Assembly (NCBI GenBank): GCA_047030855.1
Contig: JBKYIJ010000008.1
Coordinates: forward strand, 1,464,489-1,528,488
DNA: 64,000 nt
From: Dysgonomonas sp.
Lineage (GTDB): Bacteria > Bacteroidota > Bacteroidia > Bacteroidales > Dysgonomonadaceae
Reading direction: 5' to 3'
Shown here one piece after another: positions 52,525 to 63,120 of the stretch. The notes beneath the pieces were generated by a model. It saw only the letters and a list, made by a program, of their open reading frames with translations. It was not told the origin of the DNA and did not search any database. Made by a program: the position numbers and the translations under genes. Each line of letters opens with the position of its first letter. The first letter of the stretch is position 1.

Positions 52525-53592
52525 TCAAAAATCTCTGTTGGAAACGTACTTTCTCCATTTTTCGATCAACATTGTCATGTCTTCGGGCAACGGAGCTTCA
52601 AAAAGCATTTCTTTGCCCGTGCGCGGATGAACAAACCCTAAAGTCTTTGCATGTAGTGCCTGTCTGGGACAGATCGCAAAACAATTCTGGATGAATTGTT
52701 TGTATTTCGTAAACGTAGTCCCTTTCAGTATTTGTTCTCCTCCGTACCTTTCGTCATTGAAAAGCGTATGCCCTATGTGCTTCATGTGGACGCGTATCTG
52801 GTGCGTTCTTCCGGTTTCGAGCTGACATTCTACCAAAGTCACATAACCAAATCTTTCCAATACTTTATAGTTTGTTATTGCCGGTTTGCCCTGATCTTCT
52901 TCCGTTACCGTCATTTGCAGCCTGTTTTTTACGCTTCTGCCTATATTGCCTTCTATGCGTCCTTCATCATTTGCAACGTCTCCCCAAACCAATGCCACGT
53001 ATTTTCGTTTGGTAGTTTTGTTAAAAAATTGTTCTGCCAAAAAGGCTTTTGAAAAAGCATTCTTGGCAATCACAAGCAATCCCGAAGTATTCTTGTCGAT
53101 CCGATGCACTAACCCTAATCGCGGATCTTTCGAGTCAAAATCGGGAGAGTCTTTCAGCCAATAGGCAATGGCATTAACCAATGTCCCCGTATAGTTGCCG
53201 TGTCCCGGATGCACAACAAGTCCCGCAGGTTTGTTGACTACCATTACGTCTTCGTCTTCAAACACGACATCCAAAGGTATGTTTTCGGGAATAATCTCGA
53301 TTTCGCGACGCGGACGATCCATTACGATAGTAATAACGTCCAAAGGCTTGACTTTATAGTTTGATTTGACGGGAACATCGTTTACCAGAATGCAATCCGC
53401 ATCGGCTGCATCCTGTATGCGGCTTCGGGATATGCCTTCTATACGTGCTGACAGGAATTTGTCTATTCTCAACAAACCTTGCCCTTTGTCCGCAACAAAA
53501 CGAAAGTGTTCGAACTTTTCGGAAGAATCGGTAAGGTTGTCGTTTTCGTCGAGTTCTTCGTCGATGTTTTCAATGTCAAAAGGATCGATCAT
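52525..53592 (-). CDS. rluD: RluA/RluD-family 23S rRNA pseudouridine synthase
   Basis: S4 domain, NKPAGLVVHP, VHRIDKNTSG, TGRTHQIRVH and RQALHA motifs. Confidence 0.9.
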   Translation of the reverse strand: MIDPFDIENIDEELDENDNLTDSSEKFEHFRFVADKGQGLLRIDKFLSARIEGISRSRIQDAADADCILVNDVPVKSNYKVKPLDVITIVMDRPRREIEIIPENIPLDVVFEDEDVMVVNKPAGLVVHPGHGNYTGTLVNAIAYWLKDSPDFDSKDPRLGLVHRIDKNTSGLLVIAKNAFSKAFLAEQFFNKTTKRKYVALVWGDVANDEGRIEGNIGRSVKNRLQMTVTEEDQGKPAITNYKVLERFGYVTLVECQLETGRTHQIRVHMKHIGHTLFNDERYGGEQILKGTTFTKYKQFIQNCFAICPRQALHAKTLGFVHPRTGKEMLFEAPLPEDMTMLIEKWRKYVSNRDF

Positions 53593-54198
53593 TGAAAGTC
53601 AGGATCAATGTTGTTAGTATTACTTGTATTGATAGAATCTGTTTCGGAAGTTAATCCGTCTCCGACTTTGAGCCTCAGCATCGATCCTTTGGGGATTTTT
53701 TGTCCCGCAGTCACGGCAACGCCTTTGTATTCTACCGAAACAACCAAACCTCTGTAGGCTGACGGCACGGGTTCTATTTGTAGATTTGTAAAACCTAAGG
53801 CGTTTAACAACGCTTCTGCTTGCCTTTGAGAATAATCTGCCAGATCGGGGATCGAAACCAGTTGTTCCGCTTTTGCCTGAACAATCAGGTAAACGGTTCT
53901 GTCCTCCTTTATTTTTGCATTTTCTTCAGGCACTTGTTCGAGTATTGATCCCGGAACGCCTCTTTTTTCGTAGATAGAATCGACAACTTCATAATTGAGG
54001 TTGGACGATTTGATAATCGCTGCCGCATCTTCCACTTGCAACCCTTTAAGCGAAGGGACTGTTATGCTTTGATTGTGCCTTGTGTACGAGTTTAACCAAA
54101 ACAAAACAGCTATTATTATGACAAAAAATACTACTGCCATAAGCAGTATATTTTTTTACATATATGTTTGTTATTATCTTTTTGAAACTGAATTTCAT
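53589..54198 (-). CDS. PASTA-domain membrane protein (5' frameshift in a T7 run)
   Basis: YTRHNQSITVPSLKG, ILEQVP and IPDLADYS. From ATG 54198, removing one base at 54151-54157 gives MKFSFKKIITNIYVKNILLMAVVFF. Confidence 0.85.
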
Positions 54199-54272
54199 CT
54201 GTGCATTTTTACTCGAATACAAAAATATTAAAAAAAAGCAAAGGAACGGATGTGCTGTCTTTTGTTTTTATT

Positions 54273-54309
54273 AAAAAAAAGATAATCAGCCTTGCGGGCT
54301 GATTATTTT
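54273..54309 (-). terminator. Intrinsic terminator after the Lrp/AsnC gene
   Basis: ATAATCAGCC-ttgcg-GGCTGATTAT flanked by A and T tracts. Confidence 0.75.
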
Positions 54310-54338
54310 ATCTGTATTCAACTATAAAAAGTTGTAAA

Positions 54339-54803
54339 TTATTCTGGTTTTGAAATTGGCACTTGTCTTTTTACTCCCTGACTTAACGAAATCATTGTTT
54401 CGGTGGCGACAACTCCCGGTATTTCCTGAATTTTATTATTTAACAAGTCCATCAGATGTTCGTTATCCCTTGCGTATAACTTAACCAATATTGTATAAGG
54501 TCCTGTCGTGAAATGCGATTCAACTATTTCGGGTATTTTGTCGAGTTCGGGTATGACGGTTTTGTACATAGAGCCCTTTTCAAGTTTTACTCCGATGTAT
54601 GTGCAGGTGTTGTATCCTAAAACCTTTGGATTAATGAAGTAACCCGAGCCTACAATAACCTTCATTTCGATCATGCGTTGCACTCTCTGGTGGATGGCGG
54701 CTCTGGATACTCCACATTCCAAGGCTACATCTTTGAAGGGTATTCTGGCATTTTGAGAGATTATTTCAAGAATCTTCTTGTCAAGTTTATCTATTTTCTC
54801 CAT
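54339..54803 (-). CDS. Lrp/AsnC-family transcriptional regulator
   Basis: IDKLDKKIL...VSRAAIHQRVQRM HTH and a RAM domain with ESHFTTGPY. Confidence 0.93.
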   Translation of the reverse strand: MEKIDKLDKKILEIISQNARIPFKDVALECGVSRAAIHQRVQRMIEMKVIVGSGYFINPKVLGYNTCTYIGVKLEKGSMYKTVIPELDKIPEIVESHFTTGPYTILVKLYARDNEHLMDLLNNKIQEIPGVVATETMISLSQGVKRQVPISKPE

Positions 54804-54905
54804 GATATGTGATTATTATTATTTTTGTTTTATTTTTCTTCAAAAATAATCATTTATTTTTATTATTAGCATTTTATTTATAAAAATAATGCTTGTTTAA
54901 ATAGC

Positions 54906-54946
54906 AAAAAGACAGATTTTGCAAAACTGCAAAATCTGTCTTTTTT
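54906..54946 (-). terminator. Intrinsic terminator after the FKBP genes
   Basis: AAAAAGACAGATTTTGCA-aaac-TGCAAAATCTGTCTTTTT, perfect stem. Confidence 0.85.
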
Positions 54947-54967
54947 GTATTCAAATATTAAATTTGT

Positions 54968-55957
54968 TTACTTTTCGATACTCAAAAGCTCTACTTCGAA
55001 GATAAGTGTAGAAAATGGCTGGATGCTTCCCGCTGCCCTTGATCCGTATGCAAGGTTGTAAGGAATATAAACCTCCCATTTCGATCCTACGGGCATTAGC
55101 TGTAATGCTTCTGTCCATCCGCTGATAACTTGGTTGACACCGAAAACGGCAGGTTCGCCTCTTTGTACCGAACTGTCGAATACAGTTCCGTCAAGTAAGG
55201 TTCCGTGATAGTTTACTTTCACGCGATCGGTAGCTTTTGGTTTTTCGCCTTTTCCTTCTTTGATTACTTTATACTGCAATCCGCTCGGAAGAGTAACTAC
55301 TCCTTCTTTTGCCTTATTTTCGGCTAAGAATTTTTCTCCTGCTTCGATATTACCTGCATATTGTTTTTTCATGTTTTCTTCCTGTATTTTTTGCATTTTG
55401 GATTCAACTACAAAACCCGCGTTTTGTACAACAGGCTCACCCTTTTGCAGATAAGTAACAAGTCCTGCCAACATCGCTTTTTTGTTGAGTTCTTCCTTGC
55501 TGTCTTCTCCGTAGATTTGCTTGCTCATGTTTTTAGACATCATTTTCAACTGATTGCCTATTTCCACGCCGCTTAAATAAGCCTTTTTACTTTCGGCGGA
55601 ATTAAAGCTTTCATTCAGTCCCGAAAGGAAATCCGAAAGGTTCGTCTTGTTAGCTTTGTTTATAGAGTCGAGTTTTGCAGGAAGAGCTTTCTGCAATTCC
55701 AGTTTCTTTAAAGAGTCCTTTTCAGCACCGATAACCTGAAGGTTGTAGTTGAAACGGTATTGAGCAGTATCCTGCAATACTCCCAATTGAGATAAATATT
55801 GTGTCAACCCTTTGTCGGCAAGTTCGACGCCGTAAGCATACGCCAATGTGTCGTTTTCTGATGTTAATGGCACATTTGTCTCAATATTGCCCCCTCCGTT
55901 ACACGATACTGCCAAAGCAGCTATTGCACCAAGTGCAAGAAATTTCGCTTTTTTCAT
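54968..55957 (-). CDS. FKBP-type peptidyl-prolyl isomerase lipoprotein (FkpA/Mip-like)
   Basis: Lipobox [34 protein letters not shown] and LAYG motifs. Confidence 0.93.
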   Translation of the reverse strand: MKKAKFLALGAIAALAVSCNGGGNIETNVPLTSENDTLAYAYGVELADKGLTQYLSQLGVLQDTAQYRFNYNLQVIGAEKDSLKKLELQKALPAKLDSINKANKTNLSDFLSGLNESFNSAESKKAYLSGVEIGNQLKMMSKNMSKQIYGEDSKEELNKKAMLAGLVTYLQKGEPVVQNAGFVVESKMQKIQEENMKKQYAGNIEAGEKFLAENKAKEGVVTLPSGLQYKVIKEGKGEKPKATDRVKVNYHGTLLDGTVFDSSVQRGEPAVFGVNQVISGWTEALQLMPVGSKWEVYIPYNLAYGSRAAGSIQPFSTLIFEVELLSIEK

Positions 55958-55990
55958 ATTATTCTTTTTTTATTTAGTTTACGATCTTTT

Positions 55991-56575
55991 TTATGCAATG
56001 TCTAAAAGTTCCACATCGAATATCAGCGTAGAGTTTGGTTCGATGTGTTGTCCTGCGCCCGATTCGCCGTAAGCCAGATCGGACGGGATGAAAAGCCTCC
56101 ATTTCGATCCTACGGGCATCAGTTGCAAGGCTTCTGTCCAGCCTTTTATAACCTGATTGACGCCGAAAGTCGCGGGAGTTCCACGCTGGATGCTGTTGTC
56201 GAATATGGTTCCGTCGATAAGCGTTCCCTGATAGTGAACCGTTACCTGATCGGTAAGTTTTGGAACAGCTCCGTCGCCTTTCTTCAAAATCATATATTGC
56301 AGCCCGTCGGGAAGTGTGACTACGCCTGCTTTGTTTTTGTTTATTTCAAGAAATTCTTTTCCTGCTTTTTTGTTTATTTCGAGTTTTTCTTCCTGTAGTT
56401 TTACAAAAAAGTCGTTTATCACTTGTTTAGCTTCATCGTATGTCATCGAAAGCGTAACGTCGTTCAGAACATCGTTCAGCCCTTTCGAAAAGTCGTTTAT
56501 ATCCAGTTTTTTGATTCCTGAACTCAAAAAATTGTTTCCAATGCTTAACCCAAGTGCATAACTAATTTTATCCAT
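55991..56575 (-). CDS. FKBP-type peptidyl-prolyl isomerase (FklB-like)
   Basis: DKISYALG, YQGTLIDGTIFD, VIKGWTEAL and LAYG motifs. Confidence 0.94.
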   Translation of the reverse strand: MDKISYALGLSIGNNFLSSGIKKLDINDFSKGLNDVLNDVTLSMTYDEAKQVINDFFVKLQEEKLEINKKAGKEFLEINKNKAGVVTLPDGLQYMILKKGDGAVPKLTDQVTVHYQGTLIDGTIFDNSIQRGTPATFGVNQVIKGWTEALQLMPVGSKWRLFIPSDLAYGESGAGQHIEPNSTLIFDVELLDIA

Positions 56576-56712
56576 ATTTATATTTTAATCTGATATTTTT
56601 TTAATACACCGCAAAAATAATTCATTTAACATTATTATCACTATCTTTTCTCTGATAAAATGGATATATTTGTTTATCAATTTGTTAAATGTTATAAAAA
56701 ATGATCTGATTG

Positions 56713-57411
56713 ATGAAAAAACATATTGTTGTACTAACCGGGGCAGGCATGAGCGCCGAAAGCGGAATCGCAACTTTCCGCGATTCGGGCGGTTTGTGGG
56801 ATCAGTATAATGTGGAGGACGTCGCAACGCCGGAGGGATTTCAGCGAAACCCGAAGTTAGTATTGGATTTTTATAATAAACGGAGGCGGGAATCTCTGAA
56901 TGCCGAACCGAATGCAGGACATATTGGCATAGCCGAAATGCAGAAAGACTTTGACGTGTCCGTCATTACGCAGAATGTGGATAACCTGCACGAAAGGGCA
57001 GGCAGTAAAAAAGTTCTTCATTTGCACGGTGAACTGATGAAAGTACAATCGACAGGAAATCCGAATCTGATTTATACCCTGTCGTCGGACAATATTGATA
57101 TAAAAATAGGAGATAAAGCCGAAGACGGATGTCAGTTGCGTCCTTTTATCGTTTGGTTTGGGGAGGCTGTTCCGTTACTAAGCGATGCTATTGAAATAAC
57201 AAAGAATGCGGACGTGTTTGTTATAATCGGGACTTCTCTGAACGTATATCCTGCCGCAGGCTTGGTGGGTTACGTGCCCTCCGGCGTCCCCGTTTATCTT
57301 ATAGATCCTAAAGAAGTTAAAGCGTATCGGACGGGGATTAATCATATTCAGAAAGGAGCTTCCGAGGGCGTGAAAGACTTGAGGAAAATATTGAAAGATG
57401 CTTCTGTTTGA
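56713..57411 (+). CDS. cobB: NAD-dependent protein deacylase (sirtuin)
   Basis: TGAGMSAESGIATFR, TQNVDNLHE, HLHGE, IVWFGE and GTSLNVYPAA motifs. Confidence 0.94.
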   Translation: MKKHIVVLTGAGMSAESGIATFRDSGGLWDQYNVEDVATPEGFQRNPKLVLDFYNKRRRESLNAEPNAGHIGIAEMQKDFDVSVITQNVDNLHERAGSKKVLHLHGELMKVQSTGNPNLIYTLSSDNIDIKIGDKAEDGCQLRPFIVWFGEAVPLLSDAIEITKNADVFVIIGTSLNVYPAAGLVGYVPSGVPVYLIDPKEVKAYRTGINHIQKGASEGVKDLRKILKDASV

Positions 57412-57504
57412 TTTTATTTATAGGCATTATATCCGGCTTTAGGTTGATTTTTAATTTTATACTATATACCTTTGATTTAAAATTATCAACTTTAACGACA
57501 AACA

Positions 57505-58122
57505 ATGAACAGAAGATATAAAGCCCACCCTTGGCACGGGATCAATCTGGGAGAAAACGCACCCGATATAGTTACCGCCTTTATCGAAATAGTGCCTACC
57601 GATACTGTTAAATATGAAGTGGACAAGGAAACGGGCTATTTAAGCATAGACCGTCCGCAAAAATATTCCAACATTATTCCTGCCCTCTACGGGTTTCTTC
57701 CCCGAACTTACAGCGGACCTCGCGTAGCGGAGCTGAGCAATATGCGTCTGGACAGGCACGACATCGTCGGCGACGGTGACCCTGTAGATATTTGCGTACT
57801 GACGGAAAAAGATATTACGCACGGCGATCTTATCGTGCATGTCCGTCCTATCGGCGGTTTCCGTCTGATCGACCACGGACAGGCGGACGATAAGCTGATA
57901 GGCGTTTTGCACAACGATGCCATTTACGGATCATATAAAGATATTTATGACGTGCCGTTTTTAGTGATTGAACGCCTGAAACATTATTTTACTACTTACA
58001 AAGATATTCCGGGCGATCCTGAACGCAAATGCCTTCTCACGCATGTGTATGATGCGGAGGTAGCCCACGAGGTGATCCGACGCTCTGTCGAGGATTATGA
58101 AGAAGCTTACGGAGAGGAGTAA
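57505..58122 (+). CDS. ppa: Family I inorganic pyrophosphatase
   Basis: HPWH, KYEVDK, YGFLPRT, DGDPVD, DDK and FTTYK motifs. Confidence 0.94.
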   Translation: MNRRYKAHPWHGINLGENAPDIVTAFIEIVPTDTVKYEVDKETGYLSIDRPQKYSNIIPALYGFLPRTYSGPRVAELSNMRLDRHDIVGDGDPVDICVLTEKDITHGDLIVHVRPIGGFRLIDHGQADDKLIGVLHNDAIYGSYKDIYDVPFLVIERLKHYFTTYKDIPGDPERKCLLTHVYDAEVAHEVIRRSVEDYEEAYGEE

Positions 58123-58142
58123 TTATCAGTCATTTAACGTTT

Positions 58143-58179
58143 AAAAGCAATGTCCGGTTTACAGGGATATTGCTTTTTT
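58143..58179 (+). terminator. Intrinsic terminator after ppa
   Basis: AAAAGCAATGTCC-loop-GGATATTGCTTTTTT. Confidence 0.7.
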
Positions 58180-58280
58180 ATTTGTGGTTTTTAGAGAAAG
58201 TGCTACCTTTGTGCCGCTAAATGTTGGAATGTGTAATTCTGACAACGAGAATTTTACAAAACTAATCTAATTAAAATTTT

Positions 58281-59042
58281 ATGAGAAAAATTTTACTTTC
58301 TTTCTTGATGCTTGGTGTATTGTTATCAGCATCTGCCCAAACGAATCTGGTTTTAAACGGTGATTTTGAAGAATGGGATTTTATGTCGGGAAATCCTAAA
58401 AGCTGGAGCCGTTATATTTCTGCAGATGTAGCAAAATCTACTGATGCTCAGAGTGGCTCTTACAGCGCGAATATGGAAGCGGATGATTTTGGATATTATA
58501 TGAGCTATATAACTTCTGATGCATTCAATTTGAAAGCCGGCAAATCTTATTCCTGTAGTTTCTATTATAAAATAATAAAAGGTGATATTTCTTCATTTTA
58601 TTCTTCATTACAGTCGTTTGAAGGAGTTTTCCCCGAAGACTTGGTTGCAACGGATATAACTGACTTTACTCTGGATGTATGGAAAAAAGTTGAATTCAGC
58701 TATACAAGTACAGAGGATAAACAACCAAAGTTCTATATTTTCTTCCGTTCGACTAATGACGCTAATATATTGATAGATAATGTAGTTGTTGCTGAGGCAA
58801 ACGGATCGTCGATAGAGGCAAATGTTGCTTCCGATCTGTTCCGTATATATCCTGAATACATTGCTTTAGCAGCCGATAAAGTACAATCCGCCGATATATA
58901 CTCTATTGACGGTAAGGTTTATAACGTTGCCAGAACAGATGCCAATACAATAGATTTGTCTTCTGTTCCGACAGGAGTTTATGTCTTGAACGTACTCTCT
59001 ACGGACAGTAAAGCATATAAAACAAAATTCCTGAAGAAATAA
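58281..59042 (+). CDS. Secreted CBM4/9-like domain protein with T9SS type A C-terminal sorting domain
   Basis: Signal peptide, NLVLNGDFEEW...LIDNVVV jelly-roll, C-terminal IYSIDGK...IDLSSVPTGVYVL...KFLKK. TACCTTTG promoter element at 58204-58211. Confidence 0.8.
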   Translation: MRKILLSFLMLGVLLSASAQTNLVLNGDFEEWDFMSGNPKSWSRYISADVAKSTDAQSGSYSANMEADDFGYYMSYITSDAFNLKAGKSYSCSFYYKIIKGDISSFYSSLQSFEGVFPEDLVATDITDFTLDVWKKVEFSYTSTEDKQPKFYIFFRSTNDANILIDNVVVAEANGSSIEANVASDLFRIYPEYIALAADKVQSADIYSIDGKVYNVARTDANTIDLSSVPTGVYVLNVLSTDSKAYKTKFLKK

Positions 59043-59117
59043 GCTTCGGATTTTTACTTTCTTATAATAGGAATGTTTTTTCTATATTTGAATCCGAAAC
59101 GTTTTCAAATAATTTTT

Positions 59118-59753
59118 ATGAAAAAAATATTCCTATTATTTTTATTTATAATTCCTGCTTTCTGTCTGCATGCACAAGACGTAACTTCCGTTTTTTTGTC
59201 GATGCCCGACGATATATTGCTTGGGCTTGATGCCGAAGGTAAAGACAAACTTATCGCTGCTCCTACCGAAAATAATGACTCGGTTGCTGTTATGACAGCA
59301 CTTAGAAGTGAGATTAAACGTCTGGGAATTTCGGACGATTATATAAAACTGCAGACTTCCAAGGCAGGAACCATGCAGATCAAACTACTTCCGTTGGTTA
59401 ACAATACAAAGATTATATGTGTCGTGAAAACCGTATGCGGTAAAGCCTGCGACAGTTATATCAATTTTTATTCTACCGATTGGGTTCTTCTGGATGATAT
59501 AAGTCTGTTTCCCGTTCCCGACAAGGAATGGTTTATAAAGCCCGATGCTGACAGGGAGGATGAAGATTTTGCAAATGCTTATGCGGCATTGATAATAAAT
59601 CCGTTTAAGATCGAACTGAGCGCCGATGATTATACTGCAAGCGTTTACTATGATATTAAAAACTCTTTGTCTGCCGATGATTGGAAAAAGTTTGAACCTT
59701 ATTTTACCAATCAGCCGAAAGTGTTTACATGGAATAAAATTTCTTTCAAATAG
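59118..59753 (+). CDS. DUF3256-family exported protein
   Basis: VFLSMPD, DYIKLQTS, KIICVVKTVC...DSYINFYSTDW. ATG 59118 chosen because TATATTTG at 59083-59090 lies in the track's 5' extension. Confidence 0.8.
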   Translation: MKKIFLLFLFIIPAFCLHAQDVTSVFLSMPDDILLGLDAEGKDKLIAAPTENNDSVAVMTALRSEIKRLGISDDYIKLQTSKAGTMQIKLLPLVNNTKIICVVKTVCGKACDSYINFYSTDWVLLDDISLFPVPDKEWFIKPDADREDEDFANAYAALIINPFKIELSADDYTASVYYDIKNSLSADDWKKFEPYFTNQPKVFTWNKISFK

Positions 59754-59772
59754 AAATTTGATCAGTTATAAA

Positions 59773-59811
59773 ATAAAAAAAGGAATAGTATTTAACTATT
59801 CCTTTTTTTAT
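59773..59811. terminator. Bidirectional intrinsic terminator
   Basis: ATAAAAAAAGGAATAGT-attta-ACTATTCCTTTTTTTAT. Confidence 0.85.
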
Positions 59812-59824
59812 GAATAATTTGTTA

Positions 59825-61884
59825 TTAATTGTAAGTCGGAAGTGAAGAGAAATCTTTGGAATATCTCATCATTTGTTCGGCATATCCTTCATTGAACAAC
59901 AGCTTAATATCGGTTATCTTACCGTCTTTATCTTTTACGACGTCAAACGCCGGGTTCACAAAACCTTTGTAAGCTTTCAGATTCAGTTTCTTGTAACGGT
60001 CTATTACTTCGGTATGAAGTTTCGGATCAACCTTTACGCCGTAGTTCTCAACAAGATTCTTAGCTCCTTGGAAATCGCCTTCAGATTTTACGCGTTGAAT
60101 TTCCGCCAATAATTGTCCGAACAGGTTGCGTAGTTTGTCGTAATCGTTGATAACGACATAAGTTTTTCCGTCTCGTTGTTTGTATTCGACAACATTCTCG
60201 GCTTTTCCTTTCTCGTAAACCCACATTGCGATCAGCTGACGGTTACGCATATGCGCTTCTTCGATGTTCTTACCTGCATCTATGCGTGTAAGCTGTGTCA
60301 TCAGTCCGTTCATCATAAAGCGGTAATATTCAGCTTTATAAGCTTCCGCGTCAGGAATAATTTTTAATTCGACAAGTTTCGGATCGGCTATGTAGTACAA
60401 TCCGAACAAATCGGCACGAGCTTCTTCAATTGTCGAGCCGTACGCTTTCAAAGCGTCGGGATCGACTCCCGGAAGCAATTGTCCCGAACCGTGTCCCAAT
60501 ATTTCGTGTAAATCCGTATGCAATACGTCCGTAATGAAACCGTATTTGTGGATCAGGTCTTTTTCTGTCTGCGACCAGATGAATTCATCCCCAAAGCCCG
60601 AATGTTCGGCTGCCTTATCGTAAGCCTCCATTATGTTTTCGATCGTAACCGATTTCGATCCGTAGTCTTTACGTATCCAGTTAGAGTTTGGCAGGTTGAT
60701 CCCGATAGGAGTGGGAGGGTAGCAGTCGCCGCCCAATTGTGCAACCGTGATAACCTTTGCCGTGATGCCTTTTACCTTTTCTTTCTTGAAACGTTTTTCA
60801 ACAGGCGAGTTGTCTTCAAACCATTGCGCGTTTGCACTGATGATTTCAGTCCGTTTTGTAGCCTCTTGGTTTTTGAAATTCACAATTGATTCCCAGCTGG
60901 CTTTCATTCCCAGAGGATCACCGTAACTTTCGGTGAATCCGTTGACAAAGTCCACTCTTGACAATGTGTCCTGTACCCATGCGATTGCGTAATTGTCAAA
61001 AGTTTTCAGATCGCCTGTCTGATAATACGAGATAAGCGTTTGTATCACTTTCTTTTGAGCGTCGTTCTCCGCTACTGCATCGGCTTTTTGTAGCCATCCG
61101 ATGATGCGTTCGATAGCAGGAGAGTAGAGTCCGCCTACTTTCCATACCTTTTCTACAAGCTTCCCGTCCTCTTTTACCAGTCGGCTGTTCAGTCCGTATG
61201 AAATAGGAGTCTGATCTTTCGGATCTTTCATTTTAGCGTAGAAGTCTTCAACTTCTTTTTGAGTTACGCCTTCGCCGTAGTAGTTGTTAGCAGATGTCGC
61301 GATCAGATCGACGCCGTCAGCCTGATTCACTTTCTTAGGCATTACCTTCGGATCGAACATGACGGGCGTTACTTCTGCTATAAATTCGTCTACCGTTTGA
61401 TTCGGTTTTACGGGAACTTTTTGAGCAGGCAGGGCTTTTACCTGCTCTTTGAAGAATTCCTGTGAAAAGGCAGGCAGGAATTTTTCTTCACCGTAATGGT
61501 GGTGTATACCGTTCGAGAACCAGACTCTTTTCAGGTAAACCTCAAACTCTTTGTAGTCGTTCGATGTTTTATCTCCTTTATAGTTTTCGTAGATCGCTTC
61601 AAGTGTACGGCGAATAGCCAGATTGTATCGTCCGTTCTGATCGAAAAGAATATCTCGACCTTCTATCGCAGCCTGAGAAAGATAGTATATCAATTCCTTC
61701 TGCTGTAAACTCAATGATTCAAATTCAGGTACTTTGTAACGAAGAATCTGAAGATCTGCAAATTCGTCAACTTCGTAGACGAATTCGCCGTTTTTCTGCT
61801 CGGCTGTTTTTTTTGTCTCCGCCTCCGCAACTGCTAAATATAAGCGACATTCCTGCCATAGCCATTAAAACCGTTTTTTTTCAT
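59825..61884 (-). CDS. Dipeptidyl-peptidase III (peptidase M49) lipoprotein; two frameshifts in the 5' end
   Basis: GINLPN, HEILGH (HExxGH) and EEARAD. From ATG 61884, removing one base from each T8 run (61874-61881, 61807-61814) gives MKKTVLMAMAGMSLIFSSCGGGDKK...DEFADLQILRYKVP, continuous with the track ORF. Confidence 0.92.
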
Positions 61885-61924
61885 TTAAAAATATATTTAT
61901 TGTTATTACTATGTCTATAACACA

Positions 61925-61962
61925 AATCTATCCGCCCTTTTGTGAGAAGATGCGGATAGATT
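61925..61962 (-). terminator. Hairpin downstream of the universal stress protein gene
   Basis: AATCTATCCGC...GCGGATAGATT inverted repeat; weak U tract. Confidence 0.5.
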
Positions 61963-61987
61963 ATATTGATTTTTGATTAGCTTGTTG

Positions 61988-63106
61988 TTATCCCCTCAAT
62001 ACCAGAATCGGCGTGTCGGAGTAGAACAGCATTTTCCTTGATACGCTCGGCATGAACATACGCGAGAATATATTCCGTTTCGCCGTAGTCAGAGCCAATA
62101 TGTCTATGTTGAACTTTTTGACGTAAGCGTCCACTTCTTTGATAAAGTCGTAGCTTTCGATCAATATATAATCGGTATCTATTTCGGGATATTTCTTTTT
62201 GAAGTATGCTTTTATTCCTTCCATTTTTATCTCGTCCCACTTGTCCTTTTTCTTGTTTGCGAAATGGACAAGGTGTACTTTTATTTCATAATTGCTAAGG
62301 AATCTGAGCATATTATCGAAAGATTTTAAGTCCCTTTGACTGAAGTTCGTCAGAAACGCCACGTTTTTTACCTGTTGTATGTCGCTGAAATGAGTGTTTT
62401 CAGGAATTGCCAGAACAGGGATCTGAGTCATTTCTATCACTTCTGCCGTAACGCTACCGATCAAATCCACGTCTTTCTGATCTTTTCCACGTGTCCCCAT
62501 TACGATGATGGACGGTTTGTATTCTTTGGCGAAAGCAACTATTTCTTCCTCTGGTAAACCTTCACGCAATACGTAAGAATAATTGACGGCGGGAAAATCT
62601 CCCGACACGATTTTTTCGTCAATAATGTTACATAATTTCTTTATGTCGGCTCTTACTTTGTCTATGATATTCTGGAAAGAACCCTCTTCCTTGGCTTGAT
62701 ACGCAAACACTTCCGACATCGGTAATGCCGTCGGGTAATAAGGATTGAAATAGACGTGCAGAATTTTCACTTTTGCGTTTATTTCTTTTGCCGTATTAAA
62801 GGCTATCTTGCAGGCTTTTAATGAGTAGTCCGAAAAATCGACAGGGACAAGTATTCTTTTTCTTCCGTCATCCGTCCGATAAGTTTCAGGTTCATCGTAA
62901 CTGAAAAGATGCCTGTTTTCCACAACGCTCAATGCCTTTGGCAAATCGCTTTCTTTTATCCTTACGCGTACACCGGGCGAGGAATTTGGATGATCGTTGT
63001 TGACAACCTCGATAGATACTCCTATTCCTTCGCTTTCGAGCACGGATTTAAGTATCTTTGCTTTTTCCGGTGTATGGATTGCCAATGTAACCAATTTTCC
63101 TTCCAT
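61988..63106 (-). CDS. Universal stress protein (tandem Usp domains with an N-terminal DUF2007-like domain)
   Basis: KRILVPVDFS and IVMGTRG...LIGSVT; a second degenerate Usp domain; N-terminal LVTLAIHT...LESEGI...VRVRIKE. Confidence 0.9.
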   Translation of the reverse strand: MEGKLVTLAIHTPEKAKILKSVLESEGIGVSIEVVNNDHPNSSPGVRVRIKESDLPKALSVVENRHLFSYDEPETYRTDDGRKRILVPVDFSDYSLKACKIAFNTAKEINAKVKILHVYFNPYYPTALPMSEVFAYQAKEEGSFQNIIDKVRADIKKLCNIIDEKIVSGDFPAVNYSYVLREGLPEEEIVAFAKEYKPSIIVMGTRGKDQKDVDLIGSVTAEVIEMTQIPVLAIPENTHFSDIQQVKNVAFLTNFSQRDLKSFDNMLRFLSNYEIKVHLVHFANKKKDKWDEIKMEGIKAYFKKKYPEIDTDYILIESYDFIKEVDAYVKKFNIDILALTTAKRNIFSRMFMPSVSRKMLFYSDTPILVLRG

Positions 63107-63120
63107 AATATATTAATTTG

